Assembly (NCBI GenBank): GCA_043228905.1
Contig: JBHGNT010000013.1
Coordinates: 5,146,001 to 5,210,000, forward strand
DNA: 64,000 nucleotides
From: Azolla caroliniana
Taxonomy: Eukaryota > Plantae > Polypodiophyta
Direction: 5' to 3'
Shown piece by piece: positions 12,533 through 25,700 of the stretch (positions within the stretch are counted from its first letter, which is position 1; the number at the start of each line of letters is the position of its first letter). A program made the position numbers and the translations under genes. Under the pieces are notes generated by a model. The model worked only from the letters and a program-made list of their open reading frames with translations, made no database searches and had not been told where the DNA came from.

Positions 12533-14666
12533 TCAAGCCGTACTAGGGGTTTTATAGGTTTGTCCATGCACAAAACCATGGGCTTGGAGCCATGGTTTCT
12601 GTGCACACAGTTTTGCTTTGTGATATGTAGAAAACCATGGGCTTAAAATCGTGGTTTTGTGTACACGGGTTTGTACGTTTGTTTCCTACGGAATACTGAA
12701 TATGAGAAAGAAATATAGAACATCTAAAGCACTTAGTAGTAGCTTTAGTGGTAAGGTAATTGCCTCTTATCTTGGAGGTGCAAGGTTCAAATCTTACTTG
12801 CAACCCTCTACATGCACTCAATGCCATTATGACCTAGGTTTATTTATTTTCATTTTTACAAGTATTTGTGAAATGTGTGTGGATCGTCAATTTTTGACTT
12901 TTTCTCGCACTAGACATGCCACATCACGACACCGGGGGCCATGACTATGTAAAGATGGGAGATAATGGAGAGTGCAAGATAGCCAACATTGGAAGTGTAA
13001 GCCTGATGATGTCGAGAGGTTGTTGATTGGCATTGAGAGAAGTTTGACATGTCCCCGATATCTGATTGAATCTGATATTGACTGGAAGGTTGGATGACGA
13101 AGGCTACAGTGGTAGCTTCCGGAACGACAAGTGGAAGTTCTGTTGTGGAAACCTCATAGTGGCAAGAGCACAGAAAGAGGGCACACTGTATATGATGCAT
13201 GCCCGACTGTGCAAGTTGGAAGTGAATGTGGCAATCGACTCGAGTGGAGAGTTATGGCATAAGAGACTTTGACACATGAGTGAGAAGGGGATGCATATCT
13301 TAGCTGACCAGGAACTCCCAGAAGTGAGAGGAGTGCACTTGGAGAAGTGTGTCGACTGCTTAGTAAGAAAGCAAAATAGAGCCGCATTCCGCTCACTAGA
13401 ACTGGTACACACGGATGTGTGCTATGTAGATGCTCCATCGCATTGAGGTGGACAATACTTCGTGACATTCATTGATGACTAGAGTCGAACGTTGTGGGCT
13501 TTCGTACTAAAGTTGAAGGACCAAGTACTGTCATTTTTTAAGGAATTCCGGGCTAGAGTCGAAAGAGACCCGGGTCGGAAGTTGATAGAGGGCAATTCGA
13601 AGAATACTGCAAGGCCCAAGGTATTCGAATTGAATACAATGTACTGAAGACCCTTGAGTTGAATGAGCTTGTAGAGAGGATGAATAGAACTATCATGGAG
13701 AGAGTAAGGAGCATGTTGTCGCATGCTAAGCTGTTGAAATCGTATTGGGGTGAGGCGATTTATACAATTGTTTATCTTATCAACAGGTCTCCCTCAGGGC
13801 CATTGAAAGGTGATGTCCCACAAAGGGTGTGGACAGGCAAGGATTGTTGAGAACCAAGCTCAACAAAGGTATGTGATGCTTATTGAGAAATAAGCTATAG
13901 TAGCTATTAGCTAATTAGCTACTAGTGGACATAAAGGTGAAACATCTATTTAGCTACTGACAGCTTATTAGCTACTGACAATTTATTAGCTGCATATGTA
14001 AGTGACTTATATACTTAGGTAAAAAGAAAAAGTATGTAGTAGAGTGAGAGTGTGTGTAGAGAGAACAGAAAAACAGACGAGAGTGAGTTGAGCTCTGCGC
14101 GTAATGAAATAGAAGAAGTTTTTTGGTTTGCTACACAAAGGTATGTCTCCTTCCCCTTCCTTTCTATCTTGAGCACTAAACGATCTAGTAGATCACGATC
14201 CTTTATGCACACAGAAGAGCCGTAGTGCCTTCGTATATGAGAATATTAGAACAATACAAATCTGAGAAAGGTTGTTTCATTGTTTGCTAATCTGAATAAG
14301 AGAGTTGCTTGTTGAAGTAATTGTAGCAAAAGCCCTAATTTGAAAGAGAAAATGACTACAAAAAATGGAAGCGAAATAGTCATAGAAAAGTTGGATAAAA
14401 ACAATTTCCATGTGTGGAAATTTAGAATGACAAATTTCGTGATGGGAAAAGGATACTGGGATTACATTGAAGGAGACCTAGAAGAGGCTCCAGAGATCCC
14501 TGCAGAAAATGCAACTGCTGCAAAGATTAAAGCATTTAAGGAATGGAATGAGGGGGCAAGGAAATTATTGCATTGGCTCTCACTTAGCATCTCAGATTCG
14601 ATGCTTGGACACATACAGGATGCTATGCTTCCAAAAGAAGCTTGGGATAGTTTGGTAAAACTGTTT

Positions 14667-17600
14667 TGTTGAGAGATCAAGCTCAACTTAGTTTAGTTAG
14701 TTAGTCAAACATGTAACTTCGTAGTTACCTAGATAGAATCTAGTTAGAAGTGTTGACTATAACGCCTTAAATAGGACCTTGTACTTACGTGGGATATTCT
14801 AGATCCTCCACTCCTAAGTACATTTAATATAGGACTTACTCCTAAGCCCACCCGACTTCGTGGTTGTGGGTTCGAGACACCAACGACAAAATCCAGCTAT
14901 CGGCTACCATAATGCCGATACGTAGCACGTACACGTGATCGAAGGAAGAAAAGCAAAAGAAGAGAAGACACAATCAACATGAACACACAAATGGGTAGCT
15001 CGCTCCCTAGTGAAAACCTAGACTGGAGAAATTATTCATCTTGGGAGTACAAGATTACCCAATACCTCGTCAGCCAAGGGTATTGGAGCTACATCAAAGA
15101 CGCACAAGAAAATTGACCCAACTCGAAGAATGCCGACTATGCAACATGGGAGCAAGCGGGAAGTCGAGTCATGTATTGCTTGGCAACATGTGTCCATGAC
15201 AACATGCTTTGCCACATTCGAGACGCCAAGACGCCCAAAGAGGCATGGGAGAATCTCAAGAAGATTTTCTCCACCAATACGACGGCACGCAAGCTTCAAC
15301 TCCGGCAAGAGTTGAACAACATACGACAAAAAGATATGCCTGTCTCGGACTACACTGCCAAGATCAAAAGCATTTGCGACTCGCTTGGCTCCATTAAAAT
15401 AAACGTCGACGAAGACGAGATGGTTCAAGTATGCTTGGGCGGCCTTGCACAATGATTCGATCCATTACGGATGGCAATCTTGGCGAGAGAAAATCCTCCA
15501 TTCTTCGACCTCCAATCAATGCTATTGGTTGAAGAGAATCATGTCTGAACCAAAAGCAAGACGTCGGAAGGACAAATGTTCTTCTCGAATTCTGACGGTC
15601 ACTGAGGATGAGGTCACGACGGTAGAAGAGGTCAATTCGACCCATCACACGAAGGGAACTCAAACCTTCACAGAAGCCATCGAGGAACCTTCGAAAGAAG
15701 GGGGAGCTTCCACGCCAAACAAGGTCGGCAAACGAGGCCCGCAACTTGCAATTATTGCGGCAATGTCGGCCACTATGAGGCGGAGTGTCGGAAAAAGAGA
15801 AGTCAGTCGGCTTCAACAAGTCGACAACTCACAAACTACGCATCGAACTCCGACTACGACAATCGTAGCCGAATGTTGACGAATCACGCATCGAATTCCA
15901 ACTACGGCGACCGTGGCGAAATGTTCGTAATGAGGCATAGAGCGAACTCTATGTTGGGCTCCAACTCGGAAGACGTGTGGTTCGTCGACTCCAGCACCTC
16001 ACATCACATGACATCTCACGAAGAGTGGTTTTGTGACTTGCGTACACCGGACCGACCCGGCTTCATAGAGATGGGAGATGACACCACACACCCCATTCAG
16101 CACATCGGCAATGTCTCATTCGGGAAAGAAGGCGAACAAACATGCATCAAGAATGACTTGCACGTGCCCACAATAACGAAGAATTTGGTCTCTGTCGGCC
16201 AAATCATGGAGCAAGGCATGCAAGTTCGCTTCAACAACGAAGGTTGTTTCATTGAGAAAGATGGCCGACTCATAGCTAAGGGGGGGAGAGACGGCCGAAT
16301 GTTCATCCTTGATTCGAACGAGGTGAAATCAGCAATGTACACTATAAGTCTCAAAACCGAGACAAGCATCAAGTTGTGGCACAAGAGAATCGGCCGCATA
16401 AACATCCAATGGCTTCGAGCAATGCAAACCAAGGGAGTCGTCATCAGACTTTTGACATTCAAGTCGACCGAGTATGCGAAGCGTGTCAACTTGGCAAACA
16501 ACATCGACTCCCATTCTCGAAGGAGAGCTCTGCAAGCAAAGGCCTCCTCGATGTCATACACTCGTATGTAATATGGGGACCGGCTCAAATGCCGACGATC
16601 GGCGGATGCCGATACTACGTAACCTTCATCGACGACTACTCGTGCTACGCGTGGATCTACTCGATGAAGAAGAAGAGAAAAGTGTTCTCCCACTTCCAAA
16701 AGCTCAGGGGGCAAATCGAAAAAGAAACCGGTTGGCACATTCGATGCCTACGATCAGATGGAGGAAAGGAGTACTTCTCCAACCAATTCACCTCCTACCT
16801 CCAAAGTGAAGGCATTCGGAGAGAGTTCTCGTGCCGACACACACCCCAACAAAATGGAATAGCCGAAAGGAAGATTCGGCAAATACTTGAGGTAGCACGC
16901 GCCATGATGCATGAGAATCACATGCCGAATTTCTATTGGGCCGAAGCGGCATCCACGACCGTCTATCTCATGAATCAATGCACCACTAATGGAGTGCATG
17001 AGCTAACTCCATACGAGCTCCTCGTCGGAAGGAAGCCAATCCCGTCGCACCTCAAGGTGTTCGGAAGCATTGCGAATGTACGCATCCCGAACGAACAACG
17101 ACAAAAGCCCGACGCGAAGTTAGAGGAATGTATCCTCATAGGATACTCATCCAAGAAGAATGCATACAAGTGCTACAACCCTTCTACCTGAGCGGTTCGG
17201 GTAAGTCGAGACGTAGTCTTCGACGAGTCCGCATCCTGGTACGCACCAGAGACAACTTCGACTCCGACTCCGTTCAACCCGGAATCCGCCGAACAAGAGG
17301 AAGAAGATGGAGATCGCTTCGAACACATGTTCGAAGAAAGTCCGATTACGACAAAGCCTAGTGGGCCACAAGAGCCCCCACACGACCCAAGCATGTCGCG
17401 AACAATTACAAACTTGGAGAAAGGCAAAGGTAAGATGCCCGAATACGAAGTCGACCACCCTCACGACAATGATTCGGATGGATCGGCTCCCTCACTGGAC
17501 AGCGAGTTTGGTATACCCATCATGCGTACACCTAGAGTAAAGAAGGCGCTCACATCGGCAAGCGAAAAACTTCGACGCTCTTCTAGAGAGAAGAATCTCG

Positions 17601-18766
17601 TCACTCGGTTCAGCTACAATAAGTATATGGCTCATCACTATGCCTTCGAGACGAAGGTAGCGGCCGAACAAGAGCCCAAGAGCTCCACCAAAGCGGCTCA
17701 TAACACACAGTGGGTGGAAGTAGTCGGCCTTCGCCCACAATCTACAAGCCTTCGTCACCAGCTTGAGGGGGAGGACCCATGATTGCCATGGCGAAGAAAG
17801 TCGAAGGCCGGATGGAAGCCGCACAGAAGCCGACATCGAAAGCCGAACAACGTCGAAAGCCAAAGCGAATATCGGACGCCTCACACTTGAGCTTGAGGGG
17901 GAGTGTTGAGAGATCAAGCTCAACTTAGTTTAGTTAGTTAGTCAACCATGTCACTTCGTAGTTACCTAGATAGACTCTAGTTAGAAATGTTGACTATAAC
18001 GCCTTAAATAGGACCTTGTACTTAAGTGGGATATTCTAGATCCTCCACTCCTAAGTACATTTAATATAAGACTTACACATTAGTACCTATATTCTACTCA
18101 CACATGTGCACCTTTGCACATGAGATGTATATATACCTCATTGTGGGTATTTTTGTATTTGAGGATGATGATAATGCTAATTTAATATAGTTACTCATCC
18201 CCCATCTTGTGTTCTTCATAAGTGTATTTCTCTCTCTCTCTCTCTCTCTCTCTTCCTCTCACACACATACACACACATATCACTTAATCTTCTGCTTATC
18301 AACTAATCACATAATTAGGTACTAATTAATCCTTGCTTAGTTACTTACCTAATTCTTAACATGGTATCAGAGCATGTGGTTTAGAAAATCCACTAAGCCC
18401 ACCCGACTCCATGATTGTGGGTTTGAGAAGCTGACGACAAAATTCGGCTATCGGCTACCGTAGTACCGATACGTAGCACGTACACATGATTGAAGGAAGA
18501 AAATGAAATGAAGAGAAGACACAATCAACATGAACACACAAATGGGTAGCTCGCTGCCTAGTGAAAAGCTAGACCGGAGCAATTATTCATCTTGGGAGCC
18601 CAAGATGACCCAATACCTCGTCGGGCAAGGGTATTAGAGCTACATCAAAGGCGCACAAGAAAATTGACCCAACTCGAAGAATGCCGACTATGCAACATGT
18701 TTAGGTACTAATCACATAATTAGGTACTAATTAATCCTTGCTTAATTACTTACTTAATTCTTAACA
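14667..18766 (+). mobile_element. Ty1/Copia element D, RT-deleted, with a three-LTR tandem structure
   Basis: TSD TGTTT (14662-14666/18767-18771); partial LTR 14667-~14838, gag-PR-INT 14991-~17720, PPT, full LTR 17904-18361, PBS TGGTATCAGAGC at 18362-18373, second gag start at 18542, LTR 3' tip ~18700-18766. Confidence 0.9.
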
Positions 18767-21700
18767 TGTTTGCAGTGAACACAAAGGCTAAAAAGCTTCA
18801 GTTGAAGACTGAGCTAAAGACCTTGGAAAAAGGTAAGATGTCAGTGAATGAGTATGCTCTGAAAATAAAGAGCATATGTGAATCACTTGATTCTATTAAT
18901 GTGAATGTAGAAGATGATGATAAGGTGGAAATATGCTTAAGAGGGTTAGGAGCTCAATATAAAAGCTTTAAAACATCTATTCTCACAAGGGATAGCATCC
19001 CTAGTTTTCTAGATCTAGTTTCAATGCTTGTAGTGGAAGAAAGAAATCAGATGGATGATGTAATCAAAGGAAACTCTGAGACTGAGGGGAAACCCCTCTA
19101 CAATAGTGCTGGAAGAGGCCATGGAAAATTTGGTTCAGCTAGAACCAACAACAATTATCAAGGAAGAGGACAACAGGTTGTACGAGGAAGAGGACAACAG
19201 GCTGTACGAGGAAGAAACAAGATCAAAGGCAGGGGGAGCAATCGAGGTAGAGGTAAGCAAACTCATTTGAATGATGATGGCTATTGGTACTGTGGAAAAC
19301 TAGGCCATACACAGGCAGAATGCTATAAAAAGCAAAATGATGAAAAAAGTTGGAAGAGACAACATAATAATTATGCTTCAACTAGTGAAGACTATGATAA
19401 AGATGGTGCATTTGTGGTGCAACATGAAACAACAACAGTGGTTGAATGTTCATAGAGATGTAATGATGATTTTATGTGGTATGTAGATTTTGGGGCATCT
19501 AATCATATGACAGGACATGCAAATTGGTTTGACAGTTTAAGGGAACCAGAGATTCCTGGTTATGTACAGATTGGTGATAACACCACTCATACAATCTAGC
19601 ATGTTGGAGATATCCCATTGTGGGAAGACAAAGGAAAAACAAAGTATATGCTGAACGTGATGCATGTTCCAAACCTTGCAAAAAACTTATTTCTGTTGGA
19701 CAAATAGTAGAGCAAGGAATGCAAGTTAAGTTTAAGCAAAGTGGATGCTTTATAGAGAAACAGGGAAAGCTTATTGCAAAAGGAAAATGACAAGGAAGGA
19801 TGTTTGTGTTAGATGTGGATATGCCTAAAAATATTACAGCCATGATTGCAAAAGGAATGAGTGTAATCTCAGATGTGGAAATGTGGCATAAAAGAATCAG
19901 TCACATAAGTATGCAAACCTGGAAAATATGTTGAGGAAAATTGCAATGGCTGGACTGCCTAAGTTGAAAGACCGTGAGATGAGCAAAATATGTGAAGCAT
20001 GCCAATATGGAAAGCAAAACAGGTTACCTTTCCCTCATGAAAGACATGTAAGCAAAAATTTGTTGGATTTGGTACATATGGATGTATGGGGACCAACAAA
20101 AAATGTATCAATAAGTGGATGTAAGTTTTATGTAACATTTATTGATGATTGCTCAAGGAAAACATGGGTTTACTTCATGAAAGAAAAAAGTGAAGTATTT
20201 GATTGTTTCCGTAAGTTTAAATGCATGGTAGAAAAGTAGGCTGGAACTAGAATAAAATGTTTAAGATCTGATGGAGGAGGAGAATACTTCTCCAATGAAT
20301 TTTCTGATTTTCTATGCAATCAAGGAATAAGGAGACAGTTTACACGTAGATATACTCCACAACAAAATGGAGTTGCTGAGAGAAAAAACAGAACTTTGGT
20401 GAACACAGCAAGGGCTTTAATGACAGAAAAAAATATTTCATTGTATTACTGGGGAGAAGCTGTAAACACAACAAACTATATCCTAAATAGATGTATAACA
20501 TCTGGAGTGCATGAAGTAACTCCTGAAGAATGTTTCTATGGTAGGAAGCCTAGTCTAGAACACTTAAAAGTGTTTGGATGCCTTGCCTATGTTCATGTAC
20601 CTACTGAAGTAAGAAGTAAGCTTGATCCAAAAGCTGAAAAATGTGTTCTTGTTGGATATTCAGAGGAGCAAAAAGGGTATAAATGCTATAACCCTTTGAC
20701 AAAAAAGATTGTGGTAAGCCGTGATGTAATATTTGATGAGTTGGGCAGTTGGTACAACCCAAAACAAAACGTAGAAACTGATGAAGACTGTGAAAATGAA
20801 GACAGAGAAAAATCTGAAAATGGAAGAGATTGCCATTGAAATGGAAGCAATGTTGGACAACAAACTTTAACATCGATAGAATGTACTGGACCATCTGGAA
20901 GCTCAGGTAGTAAATTTGATTCAAATGCATGGAGTGGAAAAAATGCAAGATAAAAAAAATATGACGATAAAAAGGGAAAACAGAAGATGCTAGAATATGA
21001 AATGCTTGATGATGGGTCTAGAAACATGGAAGATGTAGATTCAGATACATTATTGGATGATGAGCTTGGTATACGAGCCTTGAAAATCCCTGGTATGGAA
21101 AAAGCAATGAAGGATGCAAATCAAAAACTGAGAAGATCAAATAGAGAGAAAAAGACTGTTGAAAGATTTGGTTATGACACATATATGGCTATGCAATATG
21201 CATACATGTCTAAAGTAGTACAAATCCCGGATCCAAACAGTTTTGATGAAGCAAAATCTGATAAGAAATGGGTGAATGCAATGAAAGAAGAAATAGATGC
21301 ATTGGCTGAAAATAGATAATGGGATTTGGTAAAGTCACCGAAAGGAAAAAATGTTGTAGGTCGCAAATGGGTCTACAAGACAAAGCATGATTCCAATGGA
21401 AATGTTAGTAGACATAAAGCAAGACTTGTGGCAAAGGGATATGCCCAGATGCAAGGAATTGATTATGATGAAACATTTGCACCGGTTGCAAAGATGGCAA
21501 CATTGAGAACACTACTTGTTGTGAGTGCAACCAAAAGATGGGTTCTGCACCATATGGATGTAAAAGATGCCTTTTTTACATGGTAACTTAGAAGAAGAAG
21601 TGTATATGTGTCAACCACCAGGTTTTGAAGATAAGAAGCATCCAGAATATGTATGTAGGCTTAAAAAGGCTCTCTATGCATTGAAACAAGCACCAAGGGC

Positions 21701-22771
21701 ATGGCATAAAGAACTTTCAGAATCTCTGAAAAAATTTGCTTCCAAAATGTTAAAGGTTGATCCATCATTGTATGTAAAAAGGATAAATGATTGCATTGTT
21801 GTTATTTTGATTTATGTTGATGATTTAATCATTGGAGGTGATTCCATGGATGAAATAAGCAAGCTGAAAAAAAAATCTTGAAATGCAATTTCATATGAAG
21901 GATTTGGGAGAGTTGAGATACTTTTTTGGCATTGAGATGATCAGATCTGAAAGTGGTATATATATGTTGCAAAAATAGTATGCAAAAACTATGTTGAAGA
22001 AGTATGGTATGCTTGGATGCAAACCTATTGGTGTATCACTAGATAAGAACTACAAATTGAGGGTTGATTTGGGAGCCAAAATAGAAGATGTAAACATGTA
22101 CAGGTCTATGGTGGGAACCTCGTATATTTGACTATAACCAGACCTGATTTGAGTTATGTAGTTGGATTAGTCAGCCAGTTTATGCAATAGCCAACAAAGC
22201 CACACTTGGACTACATTAGAAGAATCTTGAGGTATGTAAAAGCTACTCAGAACTATGGATTGTTTTACAAGACTGATCTGGGCATAAAGTTGGAAGGATA
22301 TACAGATGTTGATTGGGCTAGAAGCCAAACTGATAGAAGATCCACAAGTGTATATATGTTTACATTGGGAAGTGCAACTATTTCATGAAGTAGCAAGAAA
22401 CAAGCTATTATTGCACTATCAAGTACTGAAGCTGAATATAGAGGAGCTACAATAGCTACCTGTGAAGAGGTATAGATCAGACGACTGCTTGCTGATTTGG
22501 GAGAATATATGGATGGTGTTGTCACAATTTGGTGTGACAATATGAGCAACATTCAGCTCGCAAAAAACCCAGTGTTCCATGCAAGAACAAAGCACATTGA
22601 AGTGCGTTATCACTTTGTTAGAGAAAATATGATTGATGGAGAAGTGGATCTGTTGTATGTAAGTACAAATCAGCAAGTGACTGATATTCTTACGAAGGGA
22701 TTGAGCATGGAAAAACATACACAGTTTAGAGACATGATGGGAGTTATAACCATCGGCATGGTAGTTGAAAA

Positions 22772-25700
22772 TGTTAGGATTTCGGTCCTTCCGGATGGGA
22801 TATGAGTACCCGGCAAGGAAGACCTGGTGAGAACCGGATGATGCAAACCCGTTGAGAACCGGATGACGAGTACCCGGCAAGGAAGAGCCGGTGAGAACTG
22901 GATGTTGCAGGCCCGGTGAGAACCTCTCACCAGATGAAGGGACATATATGTAGATATGTTTCTGAGAGCCCATTGGGGCTATATCTGTAAATAGTCCCAA
23001 TGTCATATTAGTATAAATATGACCTAGGGCAAACATTGTGTGTGTGTATTATAGTTGTTGTCATCGTATAGTGTTATTTTGTGTAACGATTGTACAGAGA
23101 GTGAGAGAGACAACGCGATACAGAGCATGCCTCTGTTATAACCGCCGCCAGGCGAAGATTGTGAGCAAGAGGTCGTTGCCTTTGTGCTCCCTGTTGTATT
23201 ACTTGACATAGTGATAGTTTGGAGTCTGTGGACTATCGTCGTTTTTTCCCTCTCAGGGCTTTCCACGTTAACATCCTGTGTATTCTCTTTTTGTTTGTGT
23301 ACTTACCTCCATTCCCATTTCTTCTGCGTTTGATTGTCATCAAGTGATCTACGCTTCGGTTGTGGCTGGAGATTATTCCGCATATTTCTCGTCAAACTGG
23401 TATCAGAGCGAAACGACACAGAAAAATGGACGATTCATTGGGAGGCATGTTCAAGCTCACCGGCTCCAACTACTCAATGTGGAAGTTGAAGATGAGGGGC
23501 ATGCTCGTGGTTAAAGATCTTTGGTTGCCGGTTCAGTTCGGGGACAAGAGACCAGACAAGATTGATGCCACGATATGGGAGGTGATGCACATGAAGACAA
23601 CGGCGTACATACGGTGCTTCATCGACATGAGTCTATACAACAACTTCAATGAAGAGAGCAAGGCTCATGAGATCTGGGAGAAGATTGGCATTATGTTTCA
23701 GAACAAAAATGTTGTTAATCATGTTTTGGTATTTCGAAAGCTAGTAAGACTCCGGTAACAAGATGGCTACAACATGGCGGAGCACATGAATGCCTTCCAG
23801 GGGCTGATCCACCAGGCAACATCATTGGAAGTACCTCTCGCCGATGAGGTACTAGCACTACTCCTGCTCGGTTCCCTCCCAGATAGCTAGGAGACGTTGG
23901 TTGTCACTTTGGGCAACGCCGGGCCGGAAGGGAAACGGTTATCCCTAGCAAGAGTGAAGTCGAGCTTGTTAGACGAGGAGGCGCATCAGAAAGACAAGGA
24001 TACGAGCTCCGACTCCAAAGCTCTCCTTACCGAATAGGAATGCGGAAGACAAAGGAACCGTAGTCCTGAGAACCGGGAAAAGTCAGGGACACGGTCAAAG
24101 TCAAGGGGGAGACCTATTTGCTTCTATTGCGGCAAGCTGGGACACTTCCAGAAGAACTGTCGGCACTTCCGAAAAGACAAGGAAACCGAAGGTACCGATT
24201 CAAAGCGGACACCCGACCGGAACGGTAAAGACCGGAGGGGACCGCACCAAAGGGGAACGACGACAATCGCGGCAAGTGAAGAAGTGTTGATGCTCATCAC
24301 CGAGGAGAGTGAGTTGAACCTTGCTGGCGACGAGACAACGTGGGTTGTCGATTCTAGAGCATCGTTCCACCTTCTCATCCTACACAGTCGGTGATCACAG
24401 CTGTGTCCGGATGGGGAATGAAGGTACATGCCGAATTGTCGGCATAGGAGACGTGTGGTTGACAACACCAACTGGATGCAAGCTGCTCCTGAAGGATGTC
24501 CGACACGTTCCGGAGGTTCGACTAAACCTGATATCAACCGGTCGGCTAGATGATGAAGGCTACATGGGTAGCATCCGGAACGGAGTCATGAAATTTCGCA
24601 AAGGGAGCCTGATAGTGGCTCGGGCCTGGAAGGTCAACACGTTGTACTTGATGAATGCCCGGTTATGCCTGGAAGAAGTGAACGTGGCATCCGACACTGC
24701 CAGTGAATTGTGGCACAAGAGACTGTGTCACATGAGCGTGAAGGGGATGAAGAGGCTTGCCGATGACAACCTCATTCCGGTGAAGAACGTGCATCTTGAG
24801 AGGTGCACCGACTGCCTAGCCGGTATGCAAAACCGGACCTCCTTTTGATCAAGGCCACCGATGAGACGTAATGCACCATTGGAGTTGGTGCATACCGATG
24901 TGTGTCAAGTGGACACAAAGTCCCATGCCGGAGCACAGTACTTCATGACGTTCATAGATGACCATTGTAGAAGGTTGTGGGCCACACCGTTGAAGACGAA
25001 GAATCAGGTGTTATCCGTCTTCAAGGAGCTCCACGCAAGAGTGGAAAGAGAAACCAGACGGAAGCTGAAGGCTGTTCGAGCAGATAACGGAGGAGAATAT
25101 CGGGGGCAGTTCGAGGAGTACTGCTGCTTGAAGGGAATCCGGCTCGAATTTACCATGCCGAAGACGTCGGAACTAAATGCGTTGGCCGAGAGGATGAACC
25201 CGACCATAATGGAGAGGGTCCGGAGTATCCTAGTACATGCTAATCTACCCAAGAAGTTTTGGGCTGAGGCGCTGTCGACAACAACGTATGTGATAAACAG
25301 ATCACCCTCAGTGCCCTTTGATGGAGACACGCCGCAAAAGGTGTGGACCGGTAAGGAAGTGTCCTACCGACATCTGAAGGTGTTCGGGTGTCTCGTGTAC
25401 ATGCATGTTGCTAAGCACCGGAGAGGAAAGTTGGATCCAAAGACCCGGCCATGCATATTCCTCGGATACGGCGATGATGAGTTCGGCTACCGAGTATGGG
25501 ATCCGGTTGACAAGAAGGTTTTTCGGAGCCGAGATATTATCTTCATGGAGGACAAGAATCTTGCCGACTGGGAGTTGGAGAAGAAGATAATGAACTCCGA
25601 TGAGATTCGGACCCACCCGACTAAGAGCCGGTTGACACTCGAGGAACCAGCCGGTTACGGTGAGGATACTGAACTGGGAAAAGAAGAAGTAGAGGAAGCT

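Larger units (their letters stand above)
9314..12931 (-). mobile_element. Non-autonomous gag-only LTR retroelement, tRNA-Trp primed, 4-bp TSD
   Basis: LTRs 9314-9974 and 12297-12931; TSD CCGG (9310-9313/12932-12935), whose removal restores the host frame YTAGGHDYVKMG; PBS at 12274-12291; PPT-like tract at 9975-9991; no pol motifs. Confidence 0.88.

Noticed and set aside
12388-12944. Short ORFs with poly-Met/poly-Ile tracts (also 9405-10059)
   Set aside because: Translations of LTR sequence and the (GAT)n microsatellite
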